This document shows, piece by piece, positions 1 to 7,900 of a stretch of 64,000 nucleotides of DNA (positions within the stretch are counted from its first letter, which is position 1; every line of letters starts with the position of its first letter). The position numbers and the translations under genes are program-made. The stretch comes from Giardia intestinalis (Eukaryota), in NCBI GenBank assembly GCA_000002435.2, contig CM018791.1; one strand, 5' to 3'. Below the pieces are notes generated by a model, which worked only from the letters and a program-made list of their open reading frames with translations, searched no databases and was not told where the DNA came from.

Positions 1-1358
1 GTAGCTTTTGGCAAAACGACAGTTCGATAAAGGAGTAGGGGCTTATATAACTCATCTTTAACACTCACTGTTACGTCCACTGCGTGCTCTAAGATGCTCT
101 GGATCAGCTGCTCTGCGGAAGACCTGCTTATGGTGGAATTCTTGGTACCAGCGGTGAATGGATTGAAAAGAACCTCCAGCAGAAGCATAGCCGCCTGATC
201 ATCTTCCAAGAGTAAGGAGAATATTGACGTGGCATCCGTGCACACAATTGAAGGAGTGTTTTTGTTGCCAAGAATATCTAGCAAAAGGTGAAGCTGACGA
301 TTCAGTAAGTCACAGCTGATATCTGCGATGAAGTAACGCTCATATAAAACGTCCAAAGAACGGGTTCCCAGGATTACCTGACAGGCACTGGAATAAAACA
401 TTTGAAGAGACTTAACGGCAATCTCCAATAGGGCTGACTGTTCGTCAGGGGGGCAGACAGCATTCTCAGTGTCACCAAAGATGAGCACAAGGGAATCGGT
501 GTACTGAAGTAGCAGAGACTCGGCCTCCCTTGTCGTAAAGGTTGGTAAGAGTGGCTGATTCGCCGCAGCCTCCTGTTGCCTGAGCTGTACGTATAGCTCC
601 ATAGAAACAGAAAGATGTAAAAGATCTATAGATACAATTTTGGCTTGCAACGATATGTTAAGTCCATCAAACACATCCTTTTCGTCCTGCTGGTGAGGAT
701 CAAGAAGGGGTTTCCACTGTGTTTGTGATAATGTTGAAGGACGATGCTGGACTATCTCTTTCCGCAAAGATATAAGGTCTTGGAAAATCACCGTGAGTTG
801 ACTAGCAATCAAGGTCTGACTCCATTGTGAAGACACGAGCATGTCACGTACAGAGTCGATAGCATCTTCTAAGCGTTGAGCGAGAGCCTTTGGACCGCAG
901 ACCTTATTCTCTTCGGAAGTGAACCTGAAGGTAGGGGTGTCGTATTCTGTCTCGCTAAGGACAGCAATTGATACGTCGGAAGTCTGAAACCAGGCTGGTC
1001 GATAGCTTATATGTAAAGACGAGTCTTGAAGGGATACCTCAACGCGAGGTGGAGGTTGCTGTAACGCTTGAGTGCACGGTTGAAGAATTTGTGCATTCAA
1101 TAGAAGGGTGCTGATGGGATCATTATCTACGTTAGCAGGTGCATGAAGTATATATGGCAGTGTCTGTGCAAATCTTTTCAAGCTTCCAAGGGACTGTGCA
1201 ACTTGCTTGCAGCCAGCCGATACGGCTCCAGTTGGAGAGCGAGCAACGCACTCTGGAATAGGCACACTGCAGAGGGCGGGCAGGCGCAACATAGAGATTC
1301 GAGCAGGAGCCCGCAGAATAGTATCCCTACCATACACTACATTTTTAAGTATTAGCAT
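1..1358 (-). CDS. Hypothetical protein, partial (C-terminus lies beyond the window start)
   Basis: I scanned the minus-strand frame by hand and found no stop codon from position 3 up to the ATG at 1358-1356. The ORF is cut off at the window edge, so it is missing from the supplied ORF track. Translation begins MLILKNVVYGRDTILRAP... with no family I recognise. Confidence 0.5.
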   Translation of the reverse strand, partial: MLILKNVVYGRDTILRAPARISMLRLPALCSVPIPECVARSPTGAVSAGCKQVAQSLGSLKRFAQTLPYILHAPANVDNDPISTLLLNAQILQPCTQALQQPPPRVEVSLQDSSLHISYRPAWFQTSDVSIAVLSETEYDTPTFRFTSEENKVCGPKALAQRLEDAIDSVRDMLVSSQWSQTLIASQLTVIFQDLISLRKEIVQHRPSTLSQTQWKPLLDPHQQDEKDVFDGLNISLQAKIVSIDLLHLSVSMELYVQLRQQEAAANQPLLPTFTTREAESLLLQYTDSLVLIFGDTENAVCPPDEQSALLEIAVKSLQMFYSSACQVILGTRSLDVLYERYFIADISCDLLNRQLHLLLDILGNKNTPSIVCTDATSIFSLLLEDDQAAMLLLEVLFNPFTAGTKNSTISRSSAEQLIQSILEHAVDVTVSVKDELYKPLLLYRTVVLPKA

Positions 1359-1369
1359 TTTCACATTGG

Positions 1370-3058
1370 ATGGTCCTCTGGCTACTCCTCCTCGCGCTTA
1401 CTACATCTGCATACCTCCCCAGCAGGATGCTCGTCCTGTACGACGGCCCGGAGATCGCGTCTAAAGACCTCCAGCTCATCCTGACGGGTGCTCGGATTGC
1501 TTCTCGTTCGATGCGAATGGATGACCCTAAATTTAAACTTCCGAAGCTTGTACTTGATGGAGTCCCCCAGTACTCTCATATAGCCATCATTGGTCGGGGG
1601 AACCATCTGACTGCAGAAAATTATAATGAGCTGCTTAAATATGTGGAGGGAACACTCGATCCATACAGCTCCAAGTTGACGGAGGACGAGAGAATGATTC
1701 TTCCGACGTCTAGCAGCGATAGATGGACCACAGCGATGAAGTATCCTACAGAGTATGTCTATAAAGGCATCTTTGAGCCGCTGCCAGGAGCATCTATTGC
1801 AATATTCACCGACGCACATGCTTGCCAGAGGCTTCTCAACCTACTTAAAAACCTGGGTATGAAGGCCATTAGGAGCACCTCTTCTGAAATGGGGGCCCTC
1901 AAGCTCAGCACGGCTTTGAAGGAGAAGCTGTCTCGTGGGGAACAATCTGGGTGTGACATTATAGGTGACGTCAGCTATAAGCCTCTAAAACAGCCTTTGT
2001 CAGATATACTCTCATTTACCCCCAACTTCCTTTCAGATGTACAGAAGGCACATGAAATATTCACATTTGAGAGCTCCTCCCGTGAGCTGACCGCAGGACT
2101 GGTCTGGCAAGGCCTTGAGAACAATGCCCGGGTGATTGCGATAGGCTTTCTCGGTGCCTTGGCTGACACGACCATGATGATGAGCAATGCTTCTTCAGAG
2201 CAATACTTTAAGGAGTGGAATGCTAAAGAGGGAACAAACCGCAGCATATATGAATACAGCACCCTTCCCGAAGGCTCTATCCAGGCATTCTATCAGCTAA
2301 GTCGCTGGTTTGGGTTTGCAAAGTGCATGTTACGCGTTTCTGTTCTAGATGCGCGGCCAGTTCAAGACCCATCAGGATGTGACAACACTGTTCCGGCTCA
2401 GCACGGGGAAGCTCATGGAAACACAGCTGTGGTTGAAGGAAACCTTGTCCACTACATTGTCAAGATAGAGGAGCTAGTTAATAATACGCTTTGGAGACCT
2501 TATGTCCCCAAAAAGACTGCGGTACGTCTGGACGAACTAGTGACAAACAACGCCCGTCGCCATCCAGAAGACTATGGCCTGTTTCCGTCTGAAACACGGC
2601 AAATCAAAAAGCAAATATCAGCGCTGTCTAGCGGCCTGTATAGCAGGTGTCTTCAATCCGCCCGCAAGGACTTGATCAATCAGACACAGGACATTACCGT
2701 GACGGACGCTCTTTCCTCCATATACACAGACATACAACTGCATGAGTCCATCATGGGTACTTTAATATCTATGAATTTAGCCCTGCTGGACGAGAAGAAA
2801 GGTCTCTTTGATTTGGTGATCGTTCCAGATCTGGTTAGGTCCTACCACATGAGATTAGATTACAATGTTCCTGGATATAATAGAATCAAGCTCATCCACC
2901 ACCTGCACGTGAACATGGACCGCACAGATGCTTTCTATAAACACTATGCCGATTGGCCTCTGTTTGTGGGGCTGGGGTGTGTACTTCTATTGGCCGTGTA
3001 CGCAGGAATACTGCTTCTCACACACAAGGAAACGCGTACGGAAGAAAAGGAAGAGTAA
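1370..3058 (+). CDS. Hypothetical type-I membrane protein (N-terminal signal peptide, C-terminal TM helix)
   Basis: 562-aa ORF with an ATG start. The hydrophobic N-terminus MVLWLLLLALTTSAYL looks like a signal peptide and the C-terminus GLGCVLLLAVYAGILLLTHK like a TM anchor. Its start codon lies 11 bp from the start of the divergent upstream gene. Confidence 0.55.
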   Translation: MVLWLLLLALTTSAYLPSRMLVLYDGPEIASKDLQLILTGARIASRSMRMDDPKFKLPKLVLDGVPQYSHIAIIGRGNHLTAENYNELLKYVEGTLDPYSSKLTEDERMILPTSSSDRWTTAMKYPTEYVYKGIFEPLPGASIAIFTDAHACQRLLNLLKNLGMKAIRSTSSEMGALKLSTALKEKLSRGEQSGCDIIGDVSYKPLKQPLSDILSFTPNFLSDVQKAHEIFTFESSSRELTAGLVWQGLENNARVIAIGFLGALADTTMMMSNASSEQYFKEWNAKEGTNRSIYEYSTLPEGSIQAFYQLSRWFGFAKCMLRVSVLDARPVQDPSGCDNTVPAQHGEAHGNTAVVEGNLVHYIVKIEELVNNTLWRPYVPKKTAVRLDELVTNNARRHPEDYGLFPSETRQIKKQISALSSGLYSRCLQSARKDLINQTQDITVTDALSSIYTDIQLHESIMGTLISMNLALLDEKKGLFDLVIVPDLVRSYHMRLDYNVPGYNRIKLIHHLHVNMDRTDAFYKHYADWPLFVGLGCVLLLAVYAGILLLTHKETRTEEKEE

Positions 3059-3061
3059 AAT

Positions 3062-5440
3062 CTATCGTTTGACATTTCTCCGGAAGCTCAGTTTGGTAGT
3101 CTGCGACTCCGCCTTGGGGATCTCTTTAGAGACCTGGGAGACGACCTCAAGTGGTGTACCAATTGCTAGCCATCTGTTGAGTTTGATCATGCGCTCACTA
3201 ACTTCTGTACAGCAAATGGCAGTGGCTTTGTTGGCTATTATAATGCTGTGGTTGTACACTAAGAAATTACTCGTGGTGCCTGTACATGAGGACTTGCCAG
3301 AAGGATTCACAATAGCTCCAGAGAAGAGTGTGCGAAAGCCGCTGCTGGTACGTTGAGCAACTGTCATGTGACTCGTCAGTGCAAGGCATAGTTTGATAAT
3401 GTCCCCGGTCTCCGCAGCCAGGGACGTGTCGGACATAAGGTCTGGAAGCTGCACGTATGAGCGTAGAAACTCAAATAGGGTATCTTTATGGAGCTTGAGG
3501 ATCTTGTCCAAGACATCCTCCAGTTGACGAGCAACCTGATTAGCCTGGTGGTAGCTCTGGGAAGCCATACCTGTCTTTGGCAGTGGACCCACTAGAGCAT
3601 ATAGGAGAGAAAGGTGATCTGACCCCTGACAAAGAAGTGGCGCGCTGCTGGCACCTAGCAAATCATCCCAGCCAACCTCAAGGCCTGCAGCAATCAGACA
3701 GGCCTCTCTCTGAACACCGTAATAGTATGCAACCATTAAGAAGAGCGCAGTCCTGGGAGAAACAGGTAACAGCGTGGCAGCAAGACCAGCTACCGAAATG
3801 CACAGTGTTGGTTTATGTGTAACTGAAGATGACCTGGCCGTCGTCAAGAGGTAAGTATAGTACAGTATCTGCTTAGTTAATGAGAGCTTAGCAGAGTCTA
3901 CTAGATCAAGTAGATCGGTAGTCTCGAGACAGAATGAAAACGATGGAAAAGACTCCTTGAATCGCTGCGAAAACGACTGCAGCATCAGATATATGTGATC
4001 TATGGGCTCGAACTGGAGCGATGAATGTGGATTGATAAGCATCTCGTTCTCAGCGACATACTTTGGATAGAGGAAGATGCATGTGCCGTGCTGAGTGCGC
4101 CCAACACGCCCTCTCCGCTGCATGTGCGATGACATGGTGATGGGTACAACCACCAATACGCTTGTGCTGTGCTCAGGAAGATACACCATCCGCTTTTGAA
4201 GGCCCGAGTCAATCACATACCTGATTCCAGGGATTGTCACGGAGGTTTCTGCTACATTGGTGGCCAAGATGATCCTTCGCCTGCCAGTAATTGGGCTGAA
4301 AGGATACATAGCTTGCTGAGCAGGGATTTTGGAGTGGAATGGGATGACTACCCATGGCCTCCCACCCTGCTTTCCAGCCCCTAACACTGACAGTCGCTCC
4401 CATAGAAGGGCAAGGCAAACTGCTATGTCATCTGCACCGGAAAGAAACACCAAGATTCCATCATCCAGGGAGGTATTAGTGGTATGCAAGGTGACAATCT
4501 CGTCAACAATCTGCAAAATGTAGTCCTCTCTGCATGGTTGGAAGGATACGTCTGTTGAATACTGTGGATTGTCTAGTGAGATGGATGTAGAGGCAGTGTA
4601 TCGACGAACATATTGCAGCAGCTGGACCTCATCCAAGGTTGCAGACATCAAGATCACATGTACCCTAGGGTTGTACCTGATCACACGAAGCACTATAGCT
4701 AGAAGTAGAATCTGGTTACTGGAGCGCTCGTGGATTTCGTCCAGAATAAGATATGATACGTTTAGCAAACATGGGTCATCCAAGAGGTATTGCAGGGTGA
4801 CACCATCCGTCTGGTAGATCAGCTTGGTCTCAGGCGTAACCGTTGATTGAAATCGGACCGCGTATGCAACAGCCTGACGAAGATTGCCCGGTAAAGCTTG
4901 CTGCTGGTATCCTGCAAGACTGATAGCAGCCACTCTGCGTGGCTCAGAGACGATGATCCTTCCTTGTGGCTCGGTACTAAGCAAGGCAGCTGGAATACAG
5001 GTTGACTTACCAGAGCCAGTCGCCCCCTTAACAAGAACCACTTGGTTGGAAGCCAGCGCTTTTTGCAATGACGCGAAGTAGGTCCAATCCTTACCCAGCT
5101 GTGGGCCGCAGGAAAGACTTTTAACGGCCCGCACAGAGGAGGAGAGCGTACTATTCTTACAAAGGTCTGCCAAGAGTTGCATGTTCTTGCTATAATATCG
5201 CTGTACTTTCTCTCCAAGTGCTGAAGCGTGTTGGTCAACTACGGAGCGCGAGTGTATTGACCTTTTGAGGAGCACTGATCCTGGGTCACGTATCACTTGA
5301 AGGTCGAGGTTGTGCAGTGAAAGAGACGTGTGCTCTTCCTCAAAAAGCTCATGGTCACGAATGAACTGAACGCACGGCCTCATGAGTCTGTTAAATAAAA
5401 CAGGATTTGGTGAGACATGGCTCGTCCACATACCGCTCAT
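3062..5440 (-). CDS. DEAH-box ATP-dependent RNA helicase
   Basis: The helicase motifs are present: I GATGSGKST, Ia SEPRRVAAIS, II DEIHERS (DEAH box), III SAT, V ILATNVAETSVTIPGIRYVIDSG and VI QRRGRVGRTQHG. The true start may be the internal Met at ~5383, which sits in an AT-rich context. Confidence 0.85.
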   Translation of the reverse strand: MSGMWTSHVSPNPVLFNRLMRPCVQFIRDHELFEEEHTSLSLHNLDLQVIRDPGSVLLKRSIHSRSVVDQHASALGEKVQRYYSKNMQLLADLCKNSTLSSSVRAVKSLSCGPQLGKDWTYFASLQKALASNQVVLVKGATGSGKSTCIPAALLSTEPQGRIIVSEPRRVAAISLAGYQQQALPGNLRQAVAYAVRFQSTVTPETKLIYQTDGVTLQYLLDDPCLLNVSYLILDEIHERSSNQILLLAIVLRVIRYNPRVHVILMSATLDEVQLLQYVRRYTASTSISLDNPQYSTDVSFQPCREDYILQIVDEIVTLHTTNTSLDDGILVFLSGADDIAVCLALLWERLSVLGAGKQGGRPWVVIPFHSKIPAQQAMYPFSPITGRRRIILATNVAETSVTIPGIRYVIDSGLQKRMVYLPEHSTSVLVVVPITMSSHMQRRGRVGRTQHGTCIFLYPKYVAENEMLINPHSSLQFEPIDHIYLMLQSFSQRFKESFPSFSFCLETTDLLDLVDSAKLSLTKQILYYTYLLTTARSSSVTHKPTLCISVAGLAATLLPVSPRTALFLMVAYYYGVQREACLIAAGLEVGWDDLLGASSAPLLCQGSDHLSLLYALVGPLPKTGMASQSYHQANQVARQLEDVLDKILKLHKDTLFEFLRSYVQLPDLMSDTSLAAETGDIIKLCLALTSHMTVAQRTSSGFRTLFSGAIVNPSGKSSCTGTTSNFLVYNHSIIIANKATAICCTEVSERMIKLNRWLAIGTPLEVVSQVSKEIPKAESQTTKLSFRRNVKR

Positions 5441-7162
5441 CCATATGTCACAGAGCTGTGCAATGGGTCGTATATGTTGCTAGAGTCGCCCCAGCTCATA
5501 ATAGGTAGAAATAGTGACAAAAGTAAGCCCTGGGAATTGGCCGACAATAGGCTTCTCTTGCCCTACCAGGAGCTGAGCCGGGCACATATCGGATTATCAT
5601 ATGATGGTCACAATCTCGAAATAACCAACCTTGGGCGCAACAGAATTGTCATTTTACTCCAAACTTGCGACAGCAATGGTGGCAACGGTGATAGTGAGGA
5701 AGCATGTCCCAGAAAACAGCTGATAATGGAGCCCAAAAACTCTCTGGAAAGGGTGTGCTCTCCCTGCATTCTTTCTATTCATCCACACTCGTTCAAAGAT
5801 CACTATGGAACATACTATTATGGATGCCCTCTTTTTCCTCCTCTATGCATCGTTCCAATAGGTGGTATGGTCGCTCGTGCATTTCAGATGTTAGAAGAGA
5901 TTGATACTTTGCTGTCCTCTTCGACTTTGCAATCCAATCAATCTACTTATCTAAATATTATTTTCAATCGGTACAGCCACTCAAAGTTGGTGCTAGCGGA
6001 ATTTGTCGATTGCACGAATCCGCAGATTCTTGGGCCGTTGCTGGACGGAGCCAAGAAGTTGGTTGACTTAGAGCCATATTATACTACCCTCATCGATATA
6101 ACTACTTGTCTCCACGAAGCAAGAAGTGTACACGGCCTTGAGCTCCCAATAGACCTAGATATCTATAAGTTCGAGAAGCCACCATGCTTTCCAGAGCACC
6201 AGCATGCATATGAAAAGGTGTGCCCGCAAGAGTGTCACACACCCATAGAGTCTATAGATCATGAGCAGCTCACCGAATTTACAGACTTCTTTTTAACAGA
6301 TGTAACAATTCTTTCCATAAATGCCAATCTGCAAAGTCTATTTGAGACTACCCTACAATACACTACCCTACAAGCTCCCCCCAGTATTGATGTTCTTGAG
6401 TGGGCGATCACTGGCTTGACACCTGTCCTAGAAGATGGCCGGCTTTGCTGTCACCCGGACATAGGTCGGTTAAAGTCCTATTACAGCAGACACAAGTACC
6501 TTCTAATAGTGTACGAAGGAACCGAATCTTCAACTTGGGTAGACGCCATTCTAGAACCTGAAGCAGAAAAGAATGTATTGTTTGCTCTGATAAGGAGCTC
6601 ACTAGGCACGGAAAAGCCGGTCTATATTATGTCTAAGAAGCAGTTCTCTGGGTTTCTCTACTATCAGAATTCTGGGGATATATCATATTTCCCCTTTCCA
6701 CCCTCACGGGCCTACAGATCCTCCTCTAGCACACCTCCCACTTTGGTAGCAGCAGCGACAGAATCTACAACTAAGGCGATTAGCTCCGATGCTGAAGCAA
6801 GTAAGGAGCCGTGTCTCCGGCAATCAACCTCTCCGAGCATTCCACAATGTGCAAAGGAAAATGAAGAAGTAATTGATATTTCTGACAGCGAAAGCTCACA
6901 GCCCAGCTCTGAGGCTAGGGAAGCAACACGTCCATCTGCATCACAACAACCACCCCAGCTTCTGGACTTGCCGAATTTTAGTGAGCGCAGGGTAATAAAG
7001 GTGGATCTCCCCGTAATGAGGATTATCAACGGGTACGGCGTTGTGGATTGCGACGACATTTCGATGTCTGTCTGGCGTGCGCTTGTAGATGCCCTTAATA
7101 GCGACGGTCCAGGACCGTGCCTTGCTCTCCGGTTGCATGAGGATGACGCTGGGCAGGCGTAG
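5417..7162 (+). CDS. FHA-domain-containing protein with an acidic, Ser-rich C-terminus
   Basis: 581-aa ORF. The N-terminal segment IIGRNSD...SRAHIGLSYDGHNLEITNLGRNRIVI matches the FHA-domain consensus (GR...SR.HA...DLGS.NGT.VN). Its 5' end overlaps the 5' end of the divergent helicase ORF. Confidence 0.5.
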   Translation: MARPHTAHPYVTELCNGSYMLLESPQLIIGRNSDKSKPWELADNRLLLPYQELSRAHIGLSYDGHNLEITNLGRNRIVILLQTCDSNGGNGDSEEACPRKQLIMEPKNSLERVCSPCILSIHPHSFKDHYGTYYYGCPLFPPLCIVPIGGMVARAFQMLEEIDTLLSSSTLQSNQSTYLNIIFNRYSHSKLVLAEFVDCTNPQILGPLLDGAKKLVDLEPYYTTLIDITTCLHEARSVHGLELPIDLDIYKFEKPPCFPEHQHAYEKVCPQECHTPIESIDHEQLTEFTDFFLTDVTILSINANLQSLFETTLQYTTLQAPPSIDVLEWAITGLTPVLEDGRLCCHPDIGRLKSYYSRHKYLLIVYEGTESSTWVDAILEPEAEKNVLFALIRSSLGTEKPVYIMSKKQFSGFLYYQNSGDISYFPFPPSRAYRSSSSTPPTLVAAATESTTKAISSDAEASKEPCLRQSTSPSIPQCAKENEEVIDISDSESSQPSSEAREATRPSASQQPPQLLDLPNFSERRVIKVDLPVMRIINGYGVVDCDDISMSVWRALVDALNSDGPGPCLALRLHEDDAGQA

Positions 7163-7205
7163 TAGATCGGATAAACAAAAGTGTATTATTAGTTAGAGAT
7201 GTCCA

Positions 7206-7222
7206 GGAGCGCAGATTTAGGC
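7206..7222 (+). promoter_or_regulatory. Histone promoter motif GGAGCGCAGATTTAGGC upstream of H2A
   Basis: The same GCGCAGATTTRGGC core sits about 40-50 bp upstream of both H4 copies. It resembles a conserved upstream element reported for Giardia core histone genes; this is recalled from the literature, not verified here. Confidence 0.5.
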
Positions 7223-7262
7223 ATAATTTCAGTTTAAATTGTCTGCGCAGATAAAGAAAGCC

Positions 7263-7637
7263 ATGAGCACCAAGCCCGTCAAGGACAACAGCAAGATGAA
7301 GAGCAGGTCCGCGCGCGCGGGGATCTCGTTCCCGATCGGGCGCATCCACCGTCACCTGCGCGAGGGTCGCTACGCAGAGCGCATCTCGTCCGACGCGCCC
7401 GTCTACCTCGCGGCCGTCCTCGAGAACGTCGTCGCAGAGGTCTTCCGGGAGGCGTGCAACCACCGCGACAAGAAGAGCCAGAAGCGCATCGTCCCCAACC
7501 ACATCCTGACTGCCCTCCGCAAGGACAAGGAGCTCGCGACCATCTTCGCCAACGTCACAATCCGCGAGGGAGGCGTCGCCCGCTCCGCGAAGGAGGGAAG
7601 AGAGGGCAAGGGCTCCCATCGGTCGCAGGATCTTTGA
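7263..7637 (+). CDS. H2A: Histone H2A
   Basis: Translation MSTKPVKDNSKMKSRSARAGISFPIGRIHRHLREGRYAERISSDAPVYLAAVLENVVAEV...IVPNHILTALRKDKELATIFANVTIREGG carries the H2A signature. The ORF-track start at 7239 is a TTG codon; the first ATG is at 7263, in the context aaagaaagccATG. The gene is GC-rich. Confidence 0.85.
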   Translation: MSTKPVKDNSKMKSRSARAGISFPIGRIHRHLREGRYAERISSDAPVYLAAVLENVVAEVFREACNHRDKKSQKRIVPNHILTALRKDKELATIFANVTIREGGVARSAKEGREGKGSHRSQDL

Positions 7638-7887
7638 GTGTCTGTCTGTGAGTGTCTGTGAACTTATGATGTCTTTTTGTTGGTTGTGGCGCCGTAAGAG
7701 TGAGTTCTCGTTCTGACTGACTGGTATCTCGCTTGTAACAGCCGGCCCTCGGCTCAGCTCATTCCCCGTTCTATTTCAACACTCTCCATAGCATTTTGGA
7801 TTGTAGCATTTCTAGGACAAAGTTCTAGGATAGCCGACATTCTATGTAAACGCCGACGTTGAGATTACAAGGGAAAGTATAAAGCCC

Positions 7888-7894
7888 ATTTACT
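7888..7894 (-). terminator. Poly(A) signal AGTAAAT (Giardia AGTRAAY type), 7 nt past the eIF5B stop
   Basis: The reverse complement of atttact is AGTAAAT, and it lies immediately downstream of the minus-strand stop codon at 7901-7903. Confidence 0.5.
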
Positions 7895-7900
7895 TTTGCC

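Noticed and set aside
1143-1464. Two small plus-strand ORFs (70 and 85 aa) at the left edge
   Set aside because: They lie inside and antisense to the long minus-strand partial CDS that I verified by hand. They are chance ORFs.
2928-3356. 142-aa plus-strand ORF that spans the 562-aa gene's 3' end and the helicase 3' end
   Set aside because: It overlaps two convincing genes in alternative frames and is probably a chance ORF.
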